Of a stretch of 44,108 nucleotides of DNA, positions 9,166-16,963 are shown piece by piece (position 1 is the stretch's first letter; each line of letters starts with the position of its first letter). The position numbers and the translations under genes are program-made. Below the pieces are notes generated by a model. It made no database searches and had not been told where the DNA came from. It saw only the letters and a list, made by a program, of their open reading frames with translations. The stretch covers positions 1,004 to 45,111 of the forward strand of contig DJJF01000015.1 in the NCBI GenBank assembly GCA_002434005.1, read 5' to 3'. The stretch is from Candidatus Saccharibacteria bacterium UBA6575. Lineage in GTDB: Bacteria; Patescibacteriota; Saccharimonadia; Saccharimonadales; Saccharimonadaceae.

Positions 9166-9975
9166 TTACTTGTAGTGGTATAAAACGTCGATACTCTTAA
9201 TAGTGAAAGGGTATTTACTCATATCCGGTTCATTGACTATGGAAAACTTCTGCCTATACGCAGGACGACCGTTCAACGGCTCTTCATATTCAGCGGTTAA
9301 CCATCGGCTGCCATAGTCTATTAAGACAATCCTTCTCGGCTTAGATTCGATGATAATGTAGTCATGCTTCTTATTTGGGTCGGCCGCGCGAATTCCTACC
9401 CGGCCAGCGATGAGGAGAGAAAGGATGAAAGGTACGCACACGAACAAGACCCCGGCCCCACTTAAGAGATCTTTAACGTAGGAGCCAGATGATTTGTAAG
9501 TACCGTTTTTCCGAAATTTTGTAAGGCGCTTAGCCCACGACTTCGTCTTACGAAAATAAATGAGTGGATAGGCATACTCCCTAATGAGTAGCAGTAAAAG
9601 AACAGGGGAGGATAGGAGCGCTAAGGCTGCGATTATCACCCAGAAGTGCGTTTCTTGCTTTTCGACTAAAGCAAACCAAAACCCTAGCCAAGTAAACAAC
9701 CATAAATGAATGATGCGACGCAACCGAAGTAGCCAAGGATAATTTCTCCTACTAGGTATGAGTCCAGAAATACCTAAACTGACGAAGTATGATATAGATA
9801 CGGCAAGTGTAACTGTTGCTCCAAGCAATACAGATTCGTATACGTCCGGTCTGTCGAGCGAAACCGGGATATTGTAACTGCGCTCCATGTTTAAATAGTA
9901 CGTGCTCAAAAGCAAGTAGCCATACAAAGGTGCGGCAGCTATCAAAGATGCTTCAGTAATTAACTTTCTATTCAC
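9166..9975 (-). CDS. Multi-pass membrane hypothetical protein
   Basis: Long ORF with about 5 hydrophobic segments; probable GTG start at 9975 after TATATT; AT-rich. Confidence 0.65.
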   Translation of the reverse strand: MNRKLITEASLIAAAPLYGYLLLSTYYLNMERSYNIPVSLDRPDVYESVLLGATVTLAVSISYFVSLGISGLIPSRRNYPWLLRLRRIIHLWLFTWLGFWFALVEKQETHFWVIIAALALLSSPVLLLLLIREYAYPLIYFRKTKSWAKRLTKFRKNGTYKSSGSYVKDLLSGAGVLFVCVPFILSLLIAGRVGIRAADPNKKHDYIIIESKPRRIVLIDYGSRWLTAEYEEPLNGRPAYRQKFSIVNEPDMSKYPFTIKSIDVLYHYK

Positions 9976-10046
9976 TCCCCAACAATATACAAGTGACAAT
10001 TACGCTACAAGCATAAGTACCAACTGTATGAAACCGTACGACTATG

Positions 10047-10154
10047 CTACTTCTGGATGAAGATTGATTCAGCGCCTACCAGACTGTGGCGGTATGTACA
10101 CTGAGAGTTTAAAGGGTAGTGATAAGACCTTGCCATTCCAATACTTAAACTCAT
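10047..10154 (-). pseudogene. Decayed 5' fragment of ychF
   Basis: ATG AGT TTA AGT ATT GGA = MSLSIG, the same residues as the YchF N-terminus, followed by frameshifted GL/STLFN-like DNA. TGtTACAAT promoter at 10164-10172 on the minus strand. Confidence 0.5.
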
Positions 10155-10220
10155 ATACAATCTATTGTAACAGAGGTAAATGTTTCTAACGTTAGACGGC
10201 CGGTACGAACGTTCCGCCAG

Positions 10221-10229
10221 TGTTATAAT
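10221..10229 (+). promoter_or_regulatory. Extended -10 promoter of the RT locus
   Basis: TGtTATAAT consensus; predicted transcription start near 10236. Confidence 0.65.
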
Positions 10230-10235
10230 GATAGC

Positions 10236-10574
10236 GGGATACTCAGGTATCAGGTACGTTGAAAATCCTTACATTGAAATCGATGAGTGACATGGCAGCT
10301 ATGCCATATATAGCCCCTCCTTTAAGGTGTTCGAGCCAGCTGGTGCCGGTGTACTCTTGAGGATTACCCAGCACAACCACAGCAGCTGCGGACTACCATG
10401 CAACAGTCGGTGAGCCAGTCAGTTTAACTGCTATCTGGCAGAGCTACTGGAGCAAGACCTTATCGGAATCGGGCACTACCATGCAACAGTTTCTTTAAGC
10501 TGACTGCTTAGAGGGATGCAGTGCGTTCGTGCGCCTTCGGACAATTCGGTTTCAGGGTCGCCTTATTGGCGAAG
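10236..10574 (+). ncRNA. Candidate RT-associated structured ncRNA (msr/msd-like or DRT-like)
   Basis: No convincing ORF. Stems: ATGGCA/TGCCAT (10292-10307), TCCTTTAAG/CTTAGAGGG (10318-10326/10507-10515), CAGTCAGTTTAA/TTAAGCTGACTG (10416-10427/10495-10506), GTGCG-TTCG-TGCGC (10521-10534), TCGCC/GGCGA (10558-10572). Lies directly upstream of the RT operon. Confidence 0.65.
10392..10490 (+). repeat. Exact 16-nt direct repeat ACTACCATGCAACAGT, two copies
   Basis: Copies at 10392-10407 and 10475-10490; period 83 nt. Confidence 0.95.
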
Positions 10575-10587
10575 AAAGGAGAATGAA

Positions 10588-10746
10588 GTGAACTTCAGAC
10601 GAACCAAGTACGAACGTACGACGCCGGTGACCCGTGAAGCATATTCCAGATGGGATGTGCAAACGGGCGAAGGGTTTAGCCATTTGCTATCAGCACTTGC
10701 GCAGCTCATCGAAAAAATGACCGGCCTCCTCTATGTGAGCAGGTAA
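10588..10746 (+). CDS. 52-aa small protein upstream of the RT
   Basis: AAAGGAG (10575-10581) lies 6 nt before GTG 10588. MNFRRTKYERTTPVTREAYSRWDVQTGEGFSHLLSALAQLIEKMTGLLYVSR; stops 22 nt before the RT ATG. Confidence 0.6.
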   Translation: MNFRRTKYERTTPVTREAYSRWDVQTGEGFSHLLSALAQLIEKMTGLLYVSR

Positions 10747-10768
10747 GATACGTGCTTAGATAGAGAAG

Positions 10769-11611
10769 ATGACGCACCAAGTACTCATAGAATTGCTAGC
10801 GACTTACCCGAAAAATGCGTCGGTATTTAGAGTGCGTTCAAAAAAATCGGACGGTGGATTTCGCGTTATTACGAAGCCGAACAAACAGCTTGGCTCATGG
10901 CTTAAGCAAGTAAACAAGGTGCTCAATGAATTGTACCCGTCTTGGCCTGACTACATTCACGGTAAGAAAAGACATAGCTATGTTACCTTCGCAAAAGCAC
11001 ATGTCGGTCAGAGTGTAGTCATTACTATAGATATCAAAAATTGCTTTCCTTCAGTATCGCAATCGAAGGTCGCCGCGTCACTCGAAAACCGACTACAACT
11101 TGAACGCAGTGTTGCCATCGCCCTTGCCTCAAAACTATGCGAGAGGGGAGAAGTGCCGCAAGGATTTTCAACGAGCAACTTCCTCAGTAATCTGGCACTG
11201 CTTGAATCTTTTGAGAAGCTAGACGCCTTGACTCAAGGTCACGGACTTAAGTTCACAAATTATGTTGATGACATCGCTATTTCGGGAGAAATTACCGATC
11301 CGGGTCAGATAATAAACGAAGTTGCGCTGATACTTTCGCGTGCCGGATTCAGTTTGAAGAAAGCAAAAATAAAAGTCATGCCATCTAACACTAAACAGAT
11401 TATTTGCGGACTCATCGTAAATGAGCGAGTAAGCTTAACTAAGCAAAAGAAAAAATCATTGGTAAGCGCGATTTTAAACAGCGATATGAGTAAGGAATCT
11501 GCGCGTGGATGGATTGCAAATACCAAAGGTTTTGACGCTAAGTTTAGCAACAAGCTGTCGATGACACTGGAAAAGGCGATGACTAATTCAAAGGGTGCTA
11601 GTAATCGCTGA
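10769..11611 (+). CDS. Reverse transcriptase, retron/DRT-like, compact (280 aa)
   Basis: KKSDGGFRVITKP, TIDIKNCFPSV, VPQGFSTSNFLSN, catalytic YVDD and KIKVM. FAKAH occupies the retron region X (NAxxH) position and ICG the region Y (VTG) position. No maturase, nuclease or Cas1 domain. Confidence 0.93.
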   Translation: MTHQVLIELLATYPKNASVFRVRSKKSDGGFRVITKPNKQLGSWLKQVNKVLNELYPSWPDYIHGKKRHSYVTFAKAHVGQSVVITIDIKNCFPSVSQSKVAASLENRLQLERSVAIALASKLCERGEVPQGFSTSNFLSNLALLESFEKLDALTQGHGLKFTNYVDDIAISGEITDPGQIINEVALILSRAGFSLKKAKIKVMPSNTKQIICGLIVNERVSLTKQKKKSLVSAILNSDMSKESARGWIANTKGFDAKFSNKLSMTLEKAMTNSKGASNR

Positions 11612-11748
11612 GTCGTTGTCAGTATTCATTTGAATAGCCTCGCTTACCACGGTCAGTGGATGGAAGGTTAATTTGGAGTGTGAAATCAAGTTGGTTTACT
11701 GCATAAGTATTCCAATAGAAAGACTCATTATTATCCTTGATTATAACA

Positions 11749-11889
11749 GGGGTGAAAAAAAGTAGCAAAAAGCTGATGGGAGAGCCGGGTGCGGGGACGA
11801 TGTTCCCGCATCCGGCTCCGCCCGGAATCCAATGTCTGGTATATCAATTATTCAATGAATCCCCACCGGCCAATGAGCCGGCTTTTATT
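11749..11889 (+). ncRNA. Candidate small structured RNA downstream of the RT
   Basis: TATAAC at 11742-11747; a 17-bp GC-rich hairpin at 11782-11818; a small stem at 11822-11839; CCGGC/GCCGG hairpin (11866-11881) followed by CTTTTATTT. Confidence 0.4.
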
Positions 11890-12159
11890 TGGCTTAATTC
11901 TTATGATTATATGCTAGTAAAACGGGCTGAATTTCATTACAAGTCTTGACTCAAATCGCTTAACTTTTACATTCTGCTCATTAGATGAAATAATGTATAT
12001 ACAATTTCCATTACAAGCATATGGTGATTGGTCAAAGGTTTATCTAGCGAGATTTCGTGCAAGTTGCATTGGAGGTCCAGGGTAGACCTCGCACCTCGAC
12101 AGACAGGCTTTTGAGCATTCACCATCCGCAAGCGACACTTCACGACAGGAGGGACAGTC

Positions 12160-12834
12160 ATGTCTCGTGTGACTTTTTGGCTGCGGAGGGTGACCCTCGC
12201 AGCGCTCATCATGGTGCTCCCGGCGACCTGCCTGAGCATCCCCGCCCACGCGGCAGACGGCGTGAACATGAAGGGTGTGTCGGTCTTCAGGATCGAGACG
12301 ACCGACCAGCTGTACATCATCAATGACAGCAACGCGGTCGCCCAGTTCGACTACGTCGACCCGCAGTACCAGGCGCAGTCCGTCACGCTGGAGCCTGGCA
12401 CGGACAACAGTTCTGCGCCGATGTGTGCCATCTCGAAGGATCAGAACCCGAACTCCACGGTCTCTGTGACCTTCAATCCGGGTACTCCGGAGGCGGTCAC
12501 GACGGTCACGAGCTACTTCTCCATGGGTGGCGAGGTCGGCGACCTGCAGGCGCACGAGCAGGCGGTCTCCAAGGCAGCTGCGGCGGTCTCCAAGACCAAG
12601 CGCCGGATCGCCGTTGCCAAGGCAGCGGTGGCGAAGGCCAAGGCGGTTCTGGTGAAGGCCAAGGCCAGCCACCGTCAGGGCTGGATCGCTAGCTCCAAGC
12701 GGTGGCTCGGCAAGACCCAGACTCGGCTGGTGGCACTGAAGACCAAGCTGCGTCAGCAGAAGGCAGTACTGGCGAACGTGAAGCGAGAGCTTCGCGACTA
12801 CCAGGAAGCTGCTGCCTACTGCAAGGGTCGCTAG
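12160..12834 (+). CDS. GC-rich secreted protein with a Lys/Ala-rich C-terminal coiled coil
   Basis: AGGAGG SD (12147-12152); signal peptide ending AHA; AKAAVAKAKAVLVKAKA tail; strong GC3 bias; upstream TTGACT-16-TACATT (11946-11973). Confidence 0.75.
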   Translation: MSRVTFWLRRVTLAALIMVLPATCLSIPAHAADGVNMKGVSVFRIETTDQLYIINDSNAVAQFDYVDPQYQAQSVTLEPGTDNSSAPMCAISKDQNPNSTVSVTFNPGTPEAVTTVTSYFSMGGEVGDLQAHEQAVSKAAAAVSKTKRRIAVAKAAVAKAKAVLVKAKASHRQGWIASSKRWLGKTQTRLVALKTKLRQQKAVLANVKRELRDYQEAAAYCKGR

Positions 12835-12862
12835 CTCGGACGACACTGTTGGGGTACCAAAA

Positions 12863-12912
12863 AGCCCCGGTCTACGCGAATGATCTCGCGTGGACCGGGG
12901 CTACTCCTTTTT
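12863..12912 (+). terminator. Rho-independent terminator
   Basis: 17-bp stem AGCCCCGGTCTACGCGA/TCGCGTGGACCGGGGCT, then ACTCC and TTTTT. Confidence 0.8.
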
Positions 12913-12963
12913 ATACGTATCGCTTGTATTCGAACACCGCTTACGGTTAAAATACTAGACATT

Positions 12964-15138
12964 ATGCAGAGCGAAATGCGAGTACCATTGTTCATAAGAT
13001 CTCGTCATTATCGTTGGTACATCTTGGCTGGTGTCATTACGGCACTAGTTAGCTTCGCTCTTATCTCTCGAGTCGTCGAGGCTTTACCAGCGGCAACACC
13101 GCCGGTAGCTGTTTATCCTCTCCCAGCGAGTGGGTCCAGTTTCACCTATACGAATCCAAATGGAGGTGATCTCACCGTAACAGCTACACTAATATATCCG
13201 ACCGCTGGACAGGGTCAATTATGTGCGGGCAATCGACAACGTCCCAATTTCTCGTACAACCTATCTGACACAGGTATCCTTTTAGGTCCTACAACCAGTA
13301 CGTTGACGTATGATTTGGATTTAGGGTGGCGCGACTGTAACCGCGCCACACTTAAGTACGCAATTTATAGCCCGGTGTACTGTAGGCTAGCTGGGCACTA
13401 CGGTGCTGGTGCTCAAGGTAACGCTTTTGACTGCGTAAAGTATATTCACAACGCGAGTAACAACGATGCGCTTGGCTGTGCCATCGGTGGCCCGGCGACT
13501 CCTGCCAACGGAGGTGGAGCACCAACCTTTAATCCTTGTGTTGAACCCTGGTTTACTCAGGGTGGAATTGGTATACCTAAGGCTCGCTATGGCCCAGATA
13601 GCGGAACTCCATCAGCCCTCGGGCAAGTAAAAAGCTTCAATGACCTTAGTCTTCCGCAGGTGGGCGTTATGGGCCTTGGGATGAACACAAATAGTAACGG
13701 AAGTAGAGACTTCTCATCGACGATGTGTCAGTACTGGGTATATAACGACGATCTCAATACCGGAAGTGACACCGTCAGTGGCGACGATGACTGTAAAGAC
13801 ATCCATTTTAATATCAGCTGGACCTATACGCCACCTCCTTCGTATGACTTGAGTGCGACGGTAACTGATCCAGGTGACACATTTACGTACTACACCGATG
13901 CGCCAACAACATGGGGTGCGCGGCTAAATTCCTATGCGAATCTACGAAACGCTAGCGTGGGCAATCATGCAGTAGACTTATGGCGATTGGTGTTCCCCCC
14001 AGGTCCACTACCGGCTTGGGCTGAGGGTACGATAACTGGAGACCCAGGACTATGCCCGTCGTTCCCAGGCGCCCAATCGTGTGACCGGCTGATTGCATGG
14101 ACGTGCCCGGGTGGGCCACCGCAGAATTGTGGGCCGATACCCGCCACTGGACCCTATTGGGCATGGAATTACAGCGGTGCTGTAGGACCGTACCCAGTAG
14201 GCACTAACGTTTGCTATGTGTCACGCGTAACGCGGCCAACATACCCGTCTAATGACAGTCAATGGAAGGGATCGGCTATGGAATGTATCATGTCGGCCAA
14301 GTCTCCTCGGACGCAGTTTACAGGGAGTGATGTACGTGTGGTAGGTGCAATTCGAAGCTCATATTATTCCGTACAGGGGAACAACTACGGTAGTTGGGTG
14401 GAATACGGCGCGTTCTCATCGGACGTCAACATGTTGCTTGGCTCGGGTGCAGGTTTGCGCAATGGAAGTCCAAACCCGGCAAGTTCTTGGAACGGACTGA
14501 CGTTTGCCAATAGAAATGCACCAAGCTATGGTAGCTACAATCCGGTTCCTCAAGATTCGGCACATAGCTATTTCTCGGGATTAATTGATGCTGGGGGCGG
14601 ATTAAATCAAGCGAATCCGGGAACGGGCGTGTATACGGTGGGGTCGGGGACTACCCTAAGCATGCCGAATGTACCGAATGGTCGCTCAGTTGTTATACGT
14701 TCAGCCGGTACTATACGCATAACGGGTAACATTAACGTGCCGAATACAGGAGCGGCCAATATTAACCAGCTGAGCCAGGTGGTAATTGTCGCGAACACGA
14801 TATTGATCGACGAGGGTGTGACGAATGTCGATGCGTGGCTTGTAACTCCTACTACTGTAACAGGCAACGGAACGATCGATACCTGCTATCGCGGCGGGGA
14901 CACTACAATTAACAGTAGTGTGTGTGCAAGTCAGCTAACGGTAAACGGCCCGATATACACGCGTAATCTAAAGCTTCGTCGAACAGCGGGCAGTAATCCA
15001 CCCGGAGTTAACGAGCTGAAGCAGCCTGCTGAACGATTTAACCTACGGCCAGACGCTCAATTATGGGCCTACGCATACGCTAATAAAGGCGACTTTGCAC
15101 AGACCGATTATGTGCAAGAATTACCACCGCGCTACTAA
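12964..15138 (+). CDS. Large Cys/Pro/Gly-rich exported protein, candidate type IV pilus-associated adhesin
   Basis: Likely ATG at 12964 or 12976, because the ORF-track start lies inside the terminator. N-terminal TM, many paired Cys, beta-rich C-terminus ending ELPPRY; directly upstream of pilM. Confidence 0.65.
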   Translation: MQSEMRVPLFIRSRHYRWYILAGVITALVSFALISRVVEALPAATPPVAVYPLPASGSSFTYTNPNGGDLTVTATLIYPTAGQGQLCAGNRQRPNFSYNLSDTGILLGPTTSTLTYDLDLGWRDCNRATLKYAIYSPVYCRLAGHYGAGAQGNAFDCVKYIHNASNNDALGCAIGGPATPANGGGAPTFNPCVEPWFTQGGIGIPKARYGPDSGTPSALGQVKSFNDLSLPQVGVMGLGMNTNSNGSRDFSSTMCQYWVYNDDLNTGSDTVSGDDDCKDIHFNISWTYTPPPSYDLSATVTDPGDTFTYYTDAPTTWGARLNSYANLRNASVGNHAVDLWRLVFPPGPLPAWAEGTITGDPGLCPSFPGAQSCDRLIAWTCPGGPPQNCGPIPATGPYWAWNYSGAVGPYPVGTNVCYVSRVTRPTYPSNDSQWKGSAMECIMSAKSPRTQFTGSDVRVVGAIRSSYYSVQGNNYGSWVEYGAFSSDVNMLLGSGAGLRNGSPNPASSWNGLTFANRNAPSYGSYNPVPQDSAHSYFSGLIDAGGGLNQANPGTGVYTVGSGTTLSMPNVPNGRSVVIRSAGTIRITGNINVPNTGAANINQLSQVVIVANTILIDEGVTNVDAWLVTPTTVTGNGTIDTCYRGGDTTINSSVCASQLTVNGPIYTRNLKLRRTAGSNPPGVNELKQPAERFNLRPDAQLWAYAYANKGDFAQTDYVQELPPRY

Positions 15139-15188
15139 AGCATAAACGGCTTGCTTTTAAAGATGACGTCTATATAATTAAGGATATT

Positions 15189-16235
15189 ATGAAGCTGATA
15201 AAAGGAGTGGGCAACTTTTTCGCACTTGACATAGGCACGAACGCCGTCAGGGTAGTACAGCTCGACAAATCGGGTGCGGATACATGGAGCCTCAAGGCAT
15301 ACGGATACGCCGGTATCGACAGTAAATTGACGGCCGCAGATTCACCGGAAGCTCGTACCAAGCTTGGTGAAGTGATTCTAACCGCGGTGGGGCAGAGTGG
15401 CATTAAAGCAACCGATGTTGTTATTGGGCTGTCAGCTCAAAAGACCTTTACGACGGTGGTAGATGTACCAACCATGCCTGATGCTGAGCTTCGTGGCACT
15501 ATGAAGTATCAGATTGAGCGCTACATTCCGAGCGCGATCAACGACACCAAGGTGGATTGGAAGTTGCTTGGCCAATCACTTCATGACCCGAAGCAGCAAG
15601 AAGTTCTGCTCACAAGCACAGCTATTTCATACGCCGAGGACCAATTGGAATTTGTAGAGGGCCTAGGCTTCAATGTTATCGCCGCAGAGCCGGACCCGCT
15701 TGCCATGATCCGTTCGCTGCTGCCAAGTGGTGTAGCCGATGCCCGCCTGATTGTTGATATGGGTGAGATGTCTACCAACCTTGCGATTACCTATGGTGAT
15801 GCGCCGCGTCTGGTCCGCACCATTCCGGTTGGACTCTCGACACTCCTTAAAGCAATTGTACAAAACTTGAACGTTCAAGAAGACCAAGCTCGCCAGTTTG
15901 TACTAAAATTTGGCTTAGCCCCAGACCGCTTAGATGGCCAGGTGCTACGTGCACTTGATTCGACATTAGAGAGCTTTGTTGGCGAATTAACTAAGTCGAC
16001 CAAGTTCTTCCAAACACGATACCCAAATGTATCGGTTGGAGGCATCTTGGTGTCCGGCTTTGCCGCGACCATACCTAGGTTTAACGAATATGTCGCTAGC
16101 AAGATGAACATCGCAGTTACGCCAGCTAACCCATGGCAGAAAGTTCGCGTGTCACAGTCGCATCAGCAACAATTGCTACCGATTATGAACGAGTTTGCGA
16201 CCGTGGTAGGTTTGGCTGAAAGGACAGGGCAATGA
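15189..16235 (+). CDS. pilM: Type IV pilus assembly protein PilM
   Basis: Actin-like ALDIGTNAVRVV, IVDMG and LVSG motifs; first gene of the pil operon. Confidence 0.93.
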   Translation: MKLIKGVGNFFALDIGTNAVRVVQLDKSGADTWSLKAYGYAGIDSKLTAADSPEARTKLGEVILTAVGQSGIKATDVVIGLSAQKTFTTVVDVPTMPDAELRGTMKYQIERYIPSAINDTKVDWKLLGQSLHDPKQQEVLLTSTAISYAEDQLEFVEGLGFNVIAAEPDPLAMIRSLLPSGVADARLIVDMGEMSTNLAITYGDAPRLVRTIPVGLSTLLKAIVQNLNVQEDQARQFVLKFGLAPDRLDGQVLRALDSTLESFVGELTKSTKFFQTRYPNVSVGGILVSGFAATIPRFNEYVASKMNIAVTPANPWQKVRVSQSHQQQLLPIMNEFATVVGLAERTGQ

Positions 16236-16963
16236 TTGAAGTCAACCTGATACCTGATGTTAAACAAGAGCTCATCCGCGCGCGTACGCTCAGGTCAATG
16301 ATTGTATCTATTTCAATCCTAGCTATGCTTGCTTCTGGCGGCATCGTTGTGCTGCTCTCGCTCTACGTATTTGCAGGGCAGGGTGTGCGAAATGTCTTTG
16401 CAGATAACGCGATCAAGAGCGAATACGCTGAGCTCAAAAAGGTAAAAGACCTTTCCAATATGCTTACAATCCAAAACCAGCTTGCTAAGCTCTCGGAAAC
16501 GCACAGCAATAAAATGGTATCATCACGCCTATTCGATGTACTCGGTGTCATTATTCCTGCACCACCAAACGATGTATCTCTTACCTCGACAGATGTGAAT
16601 ACTGAAGAAGGAATTCTCACGATATCTGGCCAGTCTGGTAGTGGATTTGCGGCGTATGAGGCATTTAAAAAGACGATTGCGGCTACTAAGTTAATCTTCT
16701 ACGAAGGTGATGCAACGGAGGCAACCAATGTCGCACTTGCCTCAAACATTGTGGACGGCGAGCGTAGCTATGGAGAAGACCAAGATGGTCGTCGCGTGCT
16801 GCGTTTCACAATTTCGTTTACTTACGAACCAGCATTATTCGCATCGACGTCAAAGCGTATGGTCGTGCAGGGACCAGAGCGACGCAACGCAACCGACTCG
16901 TTCATTGCTATACCTGAAAGCCTATTTACGACACCTGCTAACGATGCGGGAGGAGCGCAGTAA
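16232..16963 (+). CDS. pilN: Type IV pilus assembly protein PilN
   Basis: MIEVNLIP N-terminal motif (INLLP-like), TM and coiled coil; overlaps the pilM stop. Confidence 0.85.
   Translation: MIEVNLIPDVKQELIRARTLRSMIVSISILAMLASGGIVVLLSLYVFAGQGVRNVFADNAIKSEYAELKKVKDLSNMLTIQNQLAKLSETHSNKMVSSRLFDVLGVIIPAPPNDVSLTSTDVNTEEGILTISGQSGSGFAAYEAFKKTIAATKLIFYEGDATEATNVALASNIVDGERSYGEDQDGRRVLRFTISFTYEPALFASTSKRMVVQGPERRNATDSFIAIPESLFTTPANDAGGAQ

Noticed and set aside
9166..9975. Membrane protein as the effector of the RT system
   Set aside because: It is divergently transcribed and separated from the RT unit by the putative ychF remnant, so the linkage is unsupported, though not excluded.
10392..10490. 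CRISPR array or DGR TR/VR pair
   Set aside because: There are only two 16-nt copies with a 67-nt gap and no cas genes. The copies are identical with no adenine-specific differences, no target gene is evident, and the RT motifs are retron-like rather than DGR-like.
10516..10587. ATG 10516 as the start of the small ORF
   Set aside because: It lies within the hairpin region; the strong SD points to GTG 10588.
10769..11611. Group II intron RT
   Set aside because: Too short, no maturase X or endonuclease domain, and no domain V/VI-like sequence downstream.
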